DNA from: Piromyces finnis finn
Taxonomy: Eukaryota > Fungi > Neocallimastigomycota
Length of the DNA stretch: 64,000 nt
Direction: 5' to 3'
NCBI GenBank assembly: GCA_002104945.1
Contig: MCFH01000018.1
Span: 620,001-684,000 of the forward strand
In this document: piece by piece, positions 35,771 to 48,034 of the stretch
How positions within the stretch are numbered: the first letter of the stretch is position 1
Layout of the letters: each line of letters opens with the position of its first letter
The notes under the pieces: generated by a model
Database searches by the model: none
What the model was told of the DNA's origin: nothing
What the model saw: only the letters and a program-made list of their open reading frames with translations
Position numbers and translations under genes: made by a program

Positions 35771-37546
35771 TTTACTCTAGTAATAATTAAAGATAAACTT
35801 GAAATATCAATTTTTATATATTATTTAGATAAAAATAACAAAAATAAAAAGTAAATAATTAATCTGAAAACAGGTTCTTTACTTCTTTTTATATAGAATT
35901 TATAAAAATCATCAAATTGTAATTATTAAATTAAAAAAAAAAATAATATAAATTAAAGTTTGAAAAAATCTTGAATTGGACATCCTTTATTTGATAAATT
36001 AATTTATAAAATTTGAAAATATAAAATGTAAATTAAAATAAAAATAGATATTATTTAAAATATACACAAAAAATGAATAAAAAAAGAAAAGTTTTAAAAG
36101 ACTTTTTTTTTTCTTTTCTTCATTTCTATAGATTATTGATTATGGATTATTAATTATAAGATAAATCTTATTCCTAATTATTACCAGAGTAAATAACTAA
36201 AATAAATAAAAAACATTACAATAAAATTACATTAAGATTCCATTATTTGAATCCACATAAATTAAGGTTTTGTAAAAATAATGATTATGAAACATTAAAG
36301 AAAGAAAAAGGACATGAATTTAAAAAAAGTTTCTAAAACATTCTATTTATAATATTTTAATATTCTATTCTATGATTTTGAATTTGAATTAATGTATCAA
36401 TTCTACATTATTAATTACATTTTTAAATTAAACAGGTGATATCATAGGATAAATTTTATTATTTTATTGTCAGATGATATATCTACATAAATAAATGAAT
36501 TTATATAATTAATGTTACATTAAAATATACTATCCATCCTTTATTTACAAATGATAAAGTATTAATGTTCACCTAAATTGATATCTATATAATATTTTGT
36601 AAATACTAGTTACTATTATTGAAAATGATTATACAAAAATAAAAATTATAAAAAATATATTAATAATAAAATATAATATTGTATATATTTTTTTTCTTTT
36701 TATAGTGTCTTGTATTCTTGTATTATTTATATATATATTATTTAGTATAATTATCACTTTCCAATTAACATGTTCTTTTTTTGTTATGCTTTAAGTTGAT
36801 TGCTTTTTTTTTTTTTTTTAAAATGAAGAATGATAAAAAAGAAAAAAAGAAAGAAAAAAAAAAAAAAGAGAAATATTGAACTATTTATATTCCTTTTTTT
36901 TTTTAAATTATAATTCTATTTTAGTTTATTTAAAACAATATCTGTCCAAATTTTTAATTATTTTAATTATTTTATTAATATTTAATATTTTTAGTCATAA
37001 CTATTTTTATAATAAAATAATTAAATAGTCATTACTTCATAAATATAATTATTAAACAAATTAAAAAAAAAAAAAAAAAAAAATTAAATAGTAGTATTAA
37101 AAAGAATTTTTATATTATAAAGAATTACATATAAATTATTGTTTATAAATATTTAAACCAAATTTTTATATTATCCTTTTACTTTTTTTTTTTTTTTTTA
37201 ATGTTTTTTTATTATTATTGTAAATGAATACATTAATACTATATATTTATATTATATATGTATTTAATACTTGCTATAATAGTTATTCATGTCTTATGAT
37301 AATATTTTTTTTATTTTTGTATTAAAAAAGAAGATAGTATAGAATAAATTTTAATAAATTTTATTTTTTCTTTTTTTTTTATTTTTATTTTTATTATATT
37401 TCTATATAGCAAAAAAAAAAACTTTTTTTTTTAGCAAGAAAGTATTATTACTTATTGTGAAGGAATACTTAAAAAACTTTAGATTTACTAGAAGGAAAAA
37501 GGAAAACATTATATTTTGAAATGGTATAAAATATTTTTTTTTTTTT

Positions 37547-40500
37547 TTAATCCAATTGATCAACAATTTTCCAAAATTCAATATTTACACATTCAAAAGG
37601 AATATTTGGTGTTTCGTAATAATAGGTTGAAAAAGTTTGGGGTTTTGCTTCATTTTCATGGCAAGATATTGTTAAAGGTTCATTTTTAAATGTATCACAA
37701 AAAGCAGTTGTACCACCTTCTAAATCAGGATCAATACTTAGTCCAAAACGCCCTTGTTTTCCACCACCAAAAGCTATCATATCGTGAGAGGTTAAAACAT
37801 TAAATTCATTTAAACCTGCCCATTCATAAACTTTAAAGGAATGATGATTCTTTTCATCCTCTTTACACCAAAGAAAACATTCACCTGAACCATAAAATCT
37901 TGAAGAAATTTTTACACTATTTGGAATATATGCTCCAAAAATATGATTTAATGTATCCTTTATAACCATTAATAAAGGTCCTTTGCCAATGATACAATCA
38001 TAAAGAGTTAAAAAACTAGAACCATGATCATTTAAACTATAAATTAATTCCCAAGAAGAATAATTACGATAACGTCTTGGTAAATGGAATCTTAACTTTT
38101 CTGCTGTAATTGTATCTAAAATTTGATCTGGGGAGACAGCTTCTTGATCAATTTCACTTAACGGTATAGGTTTATTATCATGTTCTTGAAGCTTTTCTAA
38201 ATATTGAGCACGAGCATAAATAGGATTTAATAAACGTAATTTTTCTGGCTCCGGAACAATACTTTTAAAACTACTGGGTTCACCACTGTAACTTTCAACT
38301 TTTTTATTGGAAGAGGGTAAGAACATCGATTTTTGATGTCTGATCGTTTTTTCACGAACTTTTTCTATAAAAGCAGAATCAAACATGGATGTTTTGGAAG
38401 AATTAATTTTCTTTTCTGCTTCTGCAGTAATATAAGATGGGAAAAGACAAGGAGTAGATTTAATAAAGGAATGGTCAATAAATTCATTTTCTGATTCAAT
38501 ATCTTCATTATAAATATCATTATTAAAATCATCATCATCATTATCATTAGTGAATGGAGTACTTGACAAAAAGCTAGTATACGCTTTATGAGGTATTGAA
38601 ACACCATAGTATTTAGAAGATGACGAATTCTGTTTACCTTTGTAATATAGGGATTGAGAATGCTTTAAACTAATTTTACTTACTGTATCATTATTTCTAT
38701 TATTATCATGAATAAATTTGGTTGTTTGGTGGTTAATTATGGTATCTTCATTTGGATTCTTGAATAGTTTTTTTGAAACGCTCATTGATGGTAATGAAGA
38801 TGATAAAGTTGGTAAAGTATTTTCATTATTTTCATCAATTTCTTCTTTTATAGTCTCTACACTAGGATTCATAATAAATGAAGTAAGAGAGGAAGAAGAA
38901 GAATCAAGGGAATTTCTATTTTCGTCTCTTTTACCACGAGATTTAATGAACAATGCTTTTGTTTGAGACTTATCACTGGTATATTGAATTCCTTTGGGTA
39001 AAAATGATGTTTTATTTGGTAATGATTGACTTAAATAGGATGTGTTTTTGGTGTATGAAATATATTGTTTTATAGATTTAGGTTCCAATTTTGAGTTTTG
39101 TTCCATCTTGACGCTATCAATGCTGGGTACATTTTTTGTAAATACCGATGAAGTAGAATTTTGCTGTCCATTAAGATAATTCTTATTGTTTTCATTTTCG
39201 TTTTTACTTTTATTATTATTATACAATGACGTTGAATTAATTAAAGGTGGTAAAACTACATATGAATCACCATTAGATAATATAGGTAATGATGTCATAT
39301 ATGATGGATCATTGTTTTGATAATTTTGAGAATATTTATGATTTAATGAAGATAATGAAGAGTGATAAGATGGCATCTGCTGCGAAAGATTTTCATCACT
39401 ATTTGATGAGTTTATATCGTCTAACGAATTTTTACTACTATTAGATTTAGCATAGGCGTCTGATAAATTATTAAAAACGTTTAAAAAGGAGTGAAAATCT
39501 ATCTTTGAAGATCTTTTCCCTTTTAAATAATTGGGTGATGAATTTATGTCATTGATTTGAGTTGATTTGATTGACTTTCCTTTTTCTTTTTTCTTTGAAG
39601 TTAAAATTTGATTATCCATAATAGATTTAATTTCCTTTAAATTTTGTATACTTGATACAGATTTAATAGATCCAGTTTCATCCTTATTATCCACATTATT
39701 AGCGAAATTATTAGGATTTGATTTTGATTTAAAAGATAGGAATGGAAATGATGAAGATGATGATAATATAGAAGAAACAGCAGGATTAAATTTTTTATTT
39801 TTATTATTATTATTATTGGAAGGAGAAGAAATGATTACAGCGTTATCGATAGTGGGAGAGGATATACTTGGGCTAATAGGTGATTTTAATCCATTATTAA
39901 GAGAAGGACTAGAGAATGTATAAAGAGTCGATAACCCATTAGTTGTTTGACCTTCACTTTTTGAAGGTAATAAATTAGGAGTACTTGAATATTTTGATTT
40001 TTCATTACGATCAAAAAATAACCCATTCATTACCTTTTTTAATAATGAATTAGAAGTTGAATTATTTTTCTTATGAAATGTAGTTTGATAAGCATTTTTA
40101 TCTTGATGAGACATAATTTCTAGTTCCTTTACATCATTGAAAGAAAATAAACTATATTTTGGGTATATTGAATTTGATGTGTGAACATCATCATTGTTTT
40201 TAATAGATTCCTCAATATTATTTACAATAGAGTTTTCTAAATTGTCCATAAGAGATTGATTTAGTTCACTATTAATTTGTGTTACTAAATCTTCTGGTAA
40301 AATAATGTTTTCTAACAGATTATGATCCTTTGTTGATGACAATGTATCAGGATTAATAATAACCTTTTCAACAGAATTTGACATACTATTATTCTGATTT
40401 TCAACAACCTTTTTTATATTTATATCATTATTATTATCAGTATTCACAATATAATCTATGATATTTTCAACATAATTATTTAGTAAAGGATTTGACACAT

Positions 40501-40585
40501 TATCATTAACTCCATAATCCAAATTTATGGTATTATTTTGTAGCTCTTCAAGAGGAAGAGTTTTATTAAGAGTTAAATTTGACAT
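37547..40585 (-). CDS. OXR1: OXR1-like TLDc-domain protein with long S/N-rich N-terminal region
   Basis: C-terminal TLDc: WELIYSLNDHGSSFLTLY...IKDTLNHIFGAY...FYGSGECFLW...FGGGKQGRFGLSID..L..G....CDTFKNEPL...IEFW. Single 1012-aa ORF. Confidence 0.85.
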   Translation of the reverse strand: MSNLTLNKTLPLEELQNNTINLDYGVNDNVSNPLLNNYVENIIDYIVNTDNNNDINIKKVVENQNNSMSNSVEKVIINPDTLSSTKDHNLLENIILPEDLVTQINSELNQSLMDNLENSIVNNIEESIKNNDDVHTSNSIYPKYSLFSFNDVKELEIMSHQDKNAYQTTFHKKNNSTSNSLLKKVMNGLFFDRNEKSKYSSTPNLLPSKSEGQTTNGLSTLYTFSSPSLNNGLKSPISPSISSPTIDNAVIISSPSNNNNNKNKKFNPAVSSILSSSSSFPFLSFKSKSNPNNFANNVDNKDETGSIKSVSSIQNLKEIKSIMDNQILTSKKKEKGKSIKSTQINDINSSPNYLKGKRSSKIDFHSFLNVFNNLSDAYAKSNSSKNSLDDINSSNSDENLSQQMPSYHSSLSSLNHKYSQNYQNNDPSYMTSLPILSNGDSYVVLPPLINSTSLYNNNKSKNENENNKNYLNGQQNSTSSVFTKNVPSIDSVKMEQNSKLEPKSIKQYISYTKNTSYLSQSLPNKTSFLPKGIQYTSDKSQTKALFIKSRGKRDENRNSLDSSSSSLTSFIMNPSVETIKEEIDENNENTLPTLSSSLPSMSVSKKLFKNPNEDTIINHQTTKFIHDNNRNNDTVSKISLKHSQSLYYKGKQNSSSSKYYGVSIPHKAYTSFLSSTPFTNDNDDDDFNNDIYNEDIESENEFIDHSFIKSTPCLFPSYITAEAEKKINSSKTSMFDSAFIEKVREKTIRHQKSMFLPSSNKKVESYSGEPSSFKSIVPEPEKLRLLNPIYARAQYLEKLQEHDNKPIPLSEIDQEAVSPDQILDTITAEKLRFHLPRRYRNYSSWELIYSLNDHGSSFLTLYDCIIGKGPLLMVIKDTLNHIFGAYIPNSVKISSRFYGSGECFLWCKEDEKNHHSFKVYEWAGLNEFNVLTSHDMIAFGGGKQGRFGLSIDPDLEGGTTAFCDTFKNEPLTISCHENEAKPQTFSTYYYETPNIPFECVNIEFWKIVDQLD

Positions 40586-42724
40586 TTTTTAAATTTTTTT
40601 TTTTTTTTTTTTTAATTTTTTTTTATATCGTGCGCTATTATATTTAATAGGATTAGTAATAAATGAATATTATCTAATATGATTAGTTTCTTATGATATT
40701 TTTTTAATACTTGTTAATAAAATTATTTTTTAAAAAATTTTAATATTTTATATTTTAAGAAATATTACTTTTTTTTTGTTGTTGTTGTTTGTTTGTTTTT
40801 TTATAATTATTATTTTCTTAAGTATCATAATCTTTTGAAATTATATTTTACAATACTAAAAAAAAAGAAAAGAAAAAAAAATTGAAATGCTTATGAAGCT
40901 ATCATAAATGCTTTCATAAAGGCTTTATATTTATCTGAGTTTCAAAAATATGAAAATTGTTTTATATTACTGTTTTTAAAACAATAAGAAAGATAATTTT
41001 ATTTACTAAAAATTGAAATGTCTATCGACTATATTTTCAATGAAAAATTTGAATTGTAAAAATAATTATTTTTTTAATAATAAAATTTATAAATTTGTCT
41101 TTACTTTAAATATGTAGTTTGTTTTCAGAAAGTTATTAAAAGATATCATTATCTTTTAACTTTACCATTTTATTATTAATATTAATAAAAAATTATACTA
41201 TACTTGTTTATAATTTCAATTAATATTTTTTTTTAATTTTTTTTTTTTTTTTTGAGTGATTATAATTTAATTTATTTATTTTGTTTGTTTTAATAATTCA
41301 TTTAAAATAAATATATATATAGAAAGGGAAATATGATTTTTAGTTTGTTTTATACATTATTTATGTTTCAAATACTTATACTTCCAATTGAAAAGATTGT
41401 AAAAAATTTACTGTTAATTTTACTGTTAATTATATTGATTGCTAATAATAACACATAAACATATATATATATATTTTTTTTTGGAATTATTTTATTTTAT
41501 TCCATTTATATAATAATTGTAATTTATATTATGTATATTAGTTGTATTATAAAAATGTTTAAATTTATTTTTTGTTTTTTTTGTTTTTTTTTTTTTTTTT
41601 TTTTTTGTTAACTACAGTTACTGATAAAAATAACTATTTATATATATTTGACCTTTTAAAATGGTAATATGAAATTTTAAATATTAATAATAAAATTAAA
41701 ATAAAATATATACATAAACAAAATATAAAATAAAAGAGGTTGTATATATATTGCTTATTTTTTATCAAAACCTTTCCTCTTTATACTAATTAATATTGAT
41801 ATTATTATTATCTCTTTTTTTATTAATACTAAAATTATTTATAAAAAAATAAAAAAAAAATAAGAGTAAAAAATAATTAAAAATGTTTCCTTTTATTCTA
41901 ATAATTTATTAAATTTACTTGTTAAACCTATAAAATCACGTTTTTAATTAATTATTCTAAAAGAAATTAATTCTAATGAAATAAACCTTGTGAAAGTATA
42001 TTCTTATTATAACATGATTTTATATTTGAAAATTAAATAACCATTATATACTACTAATAACAAATATTATTGTAGTTGTTTTTTTTGTATGTGTGTCTAT
42101 GTTTTTCTATATTCTTTCTCTAATTCTATTTTTAAATATTAGTTAAAATTTTCATTCTATCCTTTTTTTTTTTTTTCTATCTTTATCCTATATTTCTATC
42201 CTTTTTTTTACTTTTTTTTACATTTTTGGCTGGGATTTTTACCTTTATTTTAATTTAGAATTTTAATTTTAATTATTAATAAATCATTAAGACTCCATAA
42301 AAAATAACAAACTTTAATTATTAATAAAACTTGCTTTTTTTAATTTTATATTTTATTAACCAAAAAAGTATATTATTAAAATATATTATTTAAATATATT
42401 TGTTTATACTGGTACCACATATTATTTTGTAGATGATTCCATTTAATTCATTTATTAATATTTAATTATAATTGTAATTTATTAAAAACTTTATTTGCTT
42501 ATTGACATTTGATTTAAATATAATAAACATTATATGTCATCTATATATCATCAGTTTATTGAAATATATTATTTTATATTGTTTTTTATTTATTTTAAAA
42601 TTAAACAATTAATATAAAAATCAAAAAAGAAAACAAAAGAAAAAAAATGGAATTTTTACCTAAAATAAAATTTCCCATTGTACTAATATTACTAATAATA
42701 CTAATAGTACTAATAAATAGTCAA

Positions 42725-43070
42725 AGTAATAGTAATAGTAATAGTAATAGTAATAGTAATAGTAATAGTAATAGTAATAGTAATAGTAATAGTAATAGTA
42801 ATAGTAATAGTAATAGTAATAGTAATAGTAATAGTAATAGTAATAGTAATAGTAATAGTAATAGTAATAGTAATAGTAATAGTAATAGTAATAGTAATAG
42901 TAATAGTAATAGTAATAGTAATAGTCAAAGTAATAGTAATAGTAATAGTAATAGTAATAGTAATAGTAATAGTAATAGTAATAGTCAAAGTAATAGTAAT
43001 AGTAATAGTAATAGTAATAGTCAAAGTAATAGTAATAGTAATAGTAATAGTAATAGTCAAAATAATAGTA
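42725..43070. repeat. (AGTAAT)n hexanucleotide microsatellite
   Basis: About 55 units with occasional AGTCAA variants; lies within ORF 42647..43096. Confidence 0.95.
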
Positions 43071-43289
43071 ATTGCAATCTAAAGCTAATAAATTAATTAT
43101 AATTTTAATTGAACTGGTGATATCGTAATAATTGATTATTTTCTCATTATAATTATTTTTTTTAGAAGAATAATGATGAAAAAATAGTAATAAATAAAAT
43201 TATTAATTTAAAATTTTTTATATATTTTAAAAAAAGGTAATTAGGAAACTTATATTCAACCACCATTCATAAAGGTAATAGTGTTTAGA

Positions 43290-43570
43290 AAGATAATTAC
43301 TAATAGTATAATTTTTAGTCTTGTTGTTCCTACTAACACCTAACCATTTTCTTTACTTAATCTAACCTAGCTATTTTAGTGGATTTTTTTGTAGATCCAA
43401 CAAAAAAAAAGATCACATTTTTTTTGTACTACCATTTTATGGTAACCTTTTTTAATATATTGAAATAAACCATATGATGTAATGCCAAATAAAATTTAAT
43501 ATTTATAAAAAAAGACAATAGGCCCCTTATTAACTTAATATTAGTAAACAAACTAAGAAGGTAATTTTTT
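43290..43570 (-). mobile_element. Possible highly decayed retroelement fragment
   Basis: Locally raised GC; broken minus-strand peptides (RKWLGVSR, ILFGITSYG) loosely resemble the LINE post-RT region. Confidence 0.2.
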
Positions 43571-44455
43571 GGATCATACATTTACAATTACATTTTATTA
43601 CATTCATTATAATATAATACATAGTTTACTAGAGTTAATAATTTATAAACTTACTAATAAATATAGCCTTTAAAGCTATATAATAGCTATATAAATAGTA
43701 AAATTCATTAGTATATAAATCATAAATATTCTAATAGTAATATAATAGAATATAAATAGAATATAAAATATATTAATAAATAGATAAATCATTTTAATAT
43801 AATAACTATATATAATAAAATATAATAAAATATGGTACACATGATAAAATGATCACATGTATGTATCACAAAAATATATAAATATCATTTATAAATGTTT
43901 GTAATACATAGATATAATGCCAAGAATACCTTATTTTTTTTTTTTTTTTTGAAATTATTATAATCATTCCTGCCATTTTTTTTTTTAAAATGTACTCATT
44001 ATTAAATTGTAAAGCCAGTTATAGGATAATTATAATGCTAATATAAAAATTAATTTTATTTACTGGTTTATTGAATACTATATATAGGTTTCTTGGTTAA
44101 ATTAAATATTGATTAGTTTTTTCTATATAAAGTTTTATATATATTTATGTTAACTACATGTTTTTTGTAATATAGGATGTAAGGAGAATTTACTTCTTAA
44201 AATATAAGATGAAACTAATAAATTATGTTTTATTTTATGATATATACAGTAAAAGTCAATTTCAGCTATAATTTATATTTAAGTAATAAATAATAATGTT
44301 AATTGATTATTTTTTTAATTATAATATTATAATAGGTAAATCTAGTAGTATAAATAAATATTTAATAATTATAGTATTACTATATTCTATGATAATTATA
44401 TTTATACATATATAATTATTATTAAAGAAGTATCAAATTTTATTATTAAAATATG

Positions 44456-44491
<36 letters not shown>

Positions 44492-44808
44492 ATTTTGAAA
44501 TTAATAGAAATTATAAGGTCTATTCAAAATCAAAATCAAAGCGATATAAAAATATATGGTTTATTATTTTGATTATGCTTAAAAAATGTGTTAGTATAGA
44601 TGATTTTATAACTTTATAATAATTATTTTTAATTATCACGGAATTTGATTAAGTTGTAGAAATATATAAAAAATGTATAGTGCTATTTATTTTCCTTTTA
44701 CATATTAATTATTTTTAAGACAAAGAAGAGAAATGTATTTTATATTTTTATTTATTTAACTTTTTTTATAAAATCTATATTATTTCATATTAATAATATT
44801 AATGGAAT

Positions 44809-44810
44809 AA

Positions 44811-44858
<48 letters not shown>

Positions 44859-44880
44859 AAATAAATAAATAAATAAATAA
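44809..44880. repeat. (AAAT)n microsatellite
   Basis: Read directly. Confidence 0.9.
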
Positions 44881-45039
44881 AAACTTTATAATAGCTCGAT
44901 AATATCTGCAATTTATACTATGTATGACTATTTAATAAACTAAATGAAACAAAATAGGAAAGTAACATTATGGTAATGTAGTAATCACTAAACTCTCTCT
45001 TCTGTGAATTCTTAATGATTTTTTTTCATGAATTACTAA

Positions 45040-45325
45040 CATTGAACTTTATGTACGAAACATTAAAAATGTTCCTTTACCATATTTGTACGAAGTCGAC
45101 ACTCTTGATTTAGGCGTTTCAATAAACTTATCATAAAAAGTAGCGTCATAGGTTCTATTAATGATAGATATTATTTCAGTAATAAAAGCTCCGAGACAAT
45201 TTATATATGAAACATGAAACCAATGAACTATTAAATTGTTCATTCAAATGCGCCTTTGTTCCACTTTATTGACTCATAGTTCATGTTCATCAAAAGCTAA
45301 AGGTCCACCAAGAAGAAACATATTA
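45040..45325 (-). mobile_element. Decayed LINE 3' fragment, same family as 14625-15520
   Basis: TGTTCATTCAAATG...TTTGTTCC...AAGCTA...CCACCAAGAAG shared with 14648-14730. Confidence 0.55.
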
Positions 45326-45710
45326 AATTATTATAAAAATATTATTATCATCCATATATATATAAACTTAATTTTAATTATATATTTATTGATTGAAGTG
45401 ATGATACAAAAGAGATATACAATAATTTTAAATAATGATTATATATTTATATGTTTATAAATAAGTAATCTTGCGATGTTAATAAGATATGAATTTTTTT
45501 CTTTTTTTTTTTATTTAGCAATATCAATTTATTCACCATATTAATTTTTTTTTGGTGAAAAATAATGAAGCTTATTGACATATAAATAAAATTATTTAAT
45601 TATTGTTTAGTTAACCTATATCATTATAACTTAGTTGTATTACTTTCATCATTATATACTTTTACATTAACTTTTGATTACCCTAGATACTATCAAATCT
45701 AAAATATAAT

Positions 45711-46400
45711 CTAATTGCTATTATGGGTTATATTTGCATTTTCAATATTAATTTTTATATCACTAATATCATTTTCATTTTCTTCAGATAATGGAGTCTT
45801 GCGATCATTAGATAATTCATTTTTGTCAGAATTCTTATTTATATCCTTTTTACTTGTTTTAATAACAAATACAAATATAATAATATGTGCAATCCAAACT
45901 ATAACAAGAATTATTCTCCCAACTAATGTTTTTTTCATCATAATAAAACCAATACCCATTAAAATAGTTATAACAATAATAACTCTAATTTTAATTTTTA
46001 ATGCCATTCCTTTTCCATTCGTGAAATCTTCTAAATTGTTTTTATAAAATTTACTATTAATAAACCATTGATGAAGACGATCAGAACTTTTTGCAAAACA
46101 TAAAAAAGTTAACAAATAAAATGGAACTGTTGGAAGTATTGGTAATATTATACCAATAGTACCTAAGAAAAAGCATATACTACCAATAATAATTAATATT
46201 ATTTTAATAAATTTATTTGTCTTTTTTTTTTTAATTTCATTTTCTTTTTCGACTTTTTCCTCTCTTATTTTATTATTCATTATTTCTTCATGCTGTTTTT
46301 TATTTACAATTATTTCTTCATCTTCAATTCTTTCATTAATTACTATATTTATTTTCTCATTTTCTTTTTTAATTGTTTTACATTTCTCTTCATTTTCCAT
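45711..46400 (-). CDS. YbaN / DUF454 family membrane protein; probable bacterial horizontal transfer
   Basis: Intronless. Core GSICFFLGTIGIILPILPTVPFYLLTFLCFAKSSDRLHQWF is the YbaN signature (G-x-x-G-x-x-LP-x-LPT-x-PF...F-x-x-SS-x-R-x-H-x-W). Charged N- and C-terminal extensions. Confidence 0.88.
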   Translation of the reverse strand: MENEEKCKTIKKENEKINIVINERIEDEEIIVNKKQHEEIMNNKIREEKVEKENEIKKKKTNKFIKIILIIIGSICFFLGTIGIILPILPTVPFYLLTFLCFAKSSDRLHQWFINSKFYKNNLEDFTNGKGMALKIKIRVIIVITILMGIGFIMMKKTLVGRIILVIVWIAHIIIFVFVIKTSKKDINKNSDKNELSNDRKTPLSEENENDISDIKINIENANITHNSN

Positions 46401-46428
46401 TTTACTAAATTATATAATATTTATATCT

Positions 46429-46490
<62 letters not shown>

Positions 46491-46650
46491 CAATTTAACT
46501 TAGATTTATGATAAACTTTTTTAAAAATTGTTATATCTTTTTACTCAATCATTTTTAAAGATACTCGGCGGTTTATTATAATTTCTTTTTATTAAAAATA
46601 AAAGTTTTAATATTTTTTATTGGTAGTTATTCCGCTAGAGAGAAGCTTTA

Positions 46651-46788
46651 AGGATATATGGGTATTTTTTTTTTTTTTTTTCAACTTCCAAGTGCATTTC
46701 TCCCATCAATCAGAGTTAGCCCCAATGGTGGTTCTTAGAGAAACGCTGGCTCATTCCTATTGCTAGGTGGTTGTAGGATATATGGGTA
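46651..46788 (-). mobile_element. 5'-truncated poly(A) retroposon, copy 2, with 14-bp TSD
   Basis: TSD AGGATATATGGGTA at 46651-46664 and 46775-46788; poly(T) at 46665-46681; body ~35 nt shorter at the 5' end than copy 1. Confidence 0.85.
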
Positions 46789-47641
46789 ATACATTTAAAA
46801 TATAAATTTCTAATATATTACAATTTATGTAGTACATGTTAATGTATCATATTTAAGCATTTTTAATAGTAATGAATTATTTACGTTTAGTATTTCTTAC
46901 TAATATACTTTTTTTTTTTTTTGGTTGAATTATGATTTTAAATTAATTTATGTATATGCTAGCACATTTGTTTTTATTTTATTTATTTTATTTTATTTTA
47001 TTATTATCATTTTTTTTTTACTTATTTCTATTTATATTGATTATATTATATTTTGACAATTTAATTGTAATGTATCAATCTTTTTTAATTTTTATCCATA
47101 ATTAAACCATTGTTTATATAAAAATTAATATATTTTTAATTATAATTATTACACTTTTTATATTCTTTTTCTTTTAATTTATATATATTATAATTTTTTA
47201 ATATAACTATTATTAGTTATTATTATTATTATTAGGTTTATATTATAGTTTTTAACACTTCTTTTGAAAAAGTGAATATTTAAAACGTTCAAATATAATT
47301 ATATAATCTATTTTTTTTTGTTGGTACTCGTAACATTCAAATAAATAATTAAATATATATAACAAAAAATAAAGATAAAGATTCCATTCATAATAAAAGA
47401 CAATACCTTGAAAATTGATTACAAAAGCATTTACTACTATTAATAATTCTACTTTAATTATTTATACTGTTTTTGGAAAGATAAAAGATGATCAGTAAAA
47501 TAATTACCGTTAAATTCATTTAAACCTTAATTATATTAATTTATTTTTTAATTTAATTTGTGACACCTGAAAATTGAACATTAAATTTTTATTAAAGTTT
47601 ATTATAGTAATTCAATTTTAATAATAAAAATTCATAAATAA

Positions 47642-47653
47642 CGGCATATGCCG
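47642..47653. promoter_or_regulatory. Candidate CGG-N6-CCG palindromic transcription-factor site upstream of the GH11 gene
   Basis: Perfect palindrome CGGCATATGCCG, 382 nt upstream of the ATG, in otherwise almost GC-free DNA. Confidence 0.35.
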
Positions 47654-48034
47654 CAAGTTATATATTAAATATAATTCAAATTATTTTTATTTTTTTATTA
47701 ATATTCTATATAGAAAAATATAATACATAAAAAAAAAAAATAAATTAAAAATATGTATCTATATATAAATGAATTTTTGCTTTTTTTTTTTTTAAATTAT
47801 ATTTTTATTATTATTCAATAAATAGACTTTATTACTTTTAAAATATTTATAATATAGTATTATAATTGTAAAATAACTGTATATATTGAAATTGTAAATT
47901 CATAATTCATTTAAAAGAAATATATAATATTTTTGAAGTATCATATATATATATTGTTGAATAACAATAATAAAATTTTATATACTGTACAATAACAAAA
48001 ACAATATCAACATAAAAGAAAGAACAAAATAAAA

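Noticed and set aside
36430-36460. ATCATAGGATAAATT as the right-hand inverted partner of the 31157 repeat
   Set aside because: Only a short imperfect match, with no inverted CCAGA iterons and no TSD.
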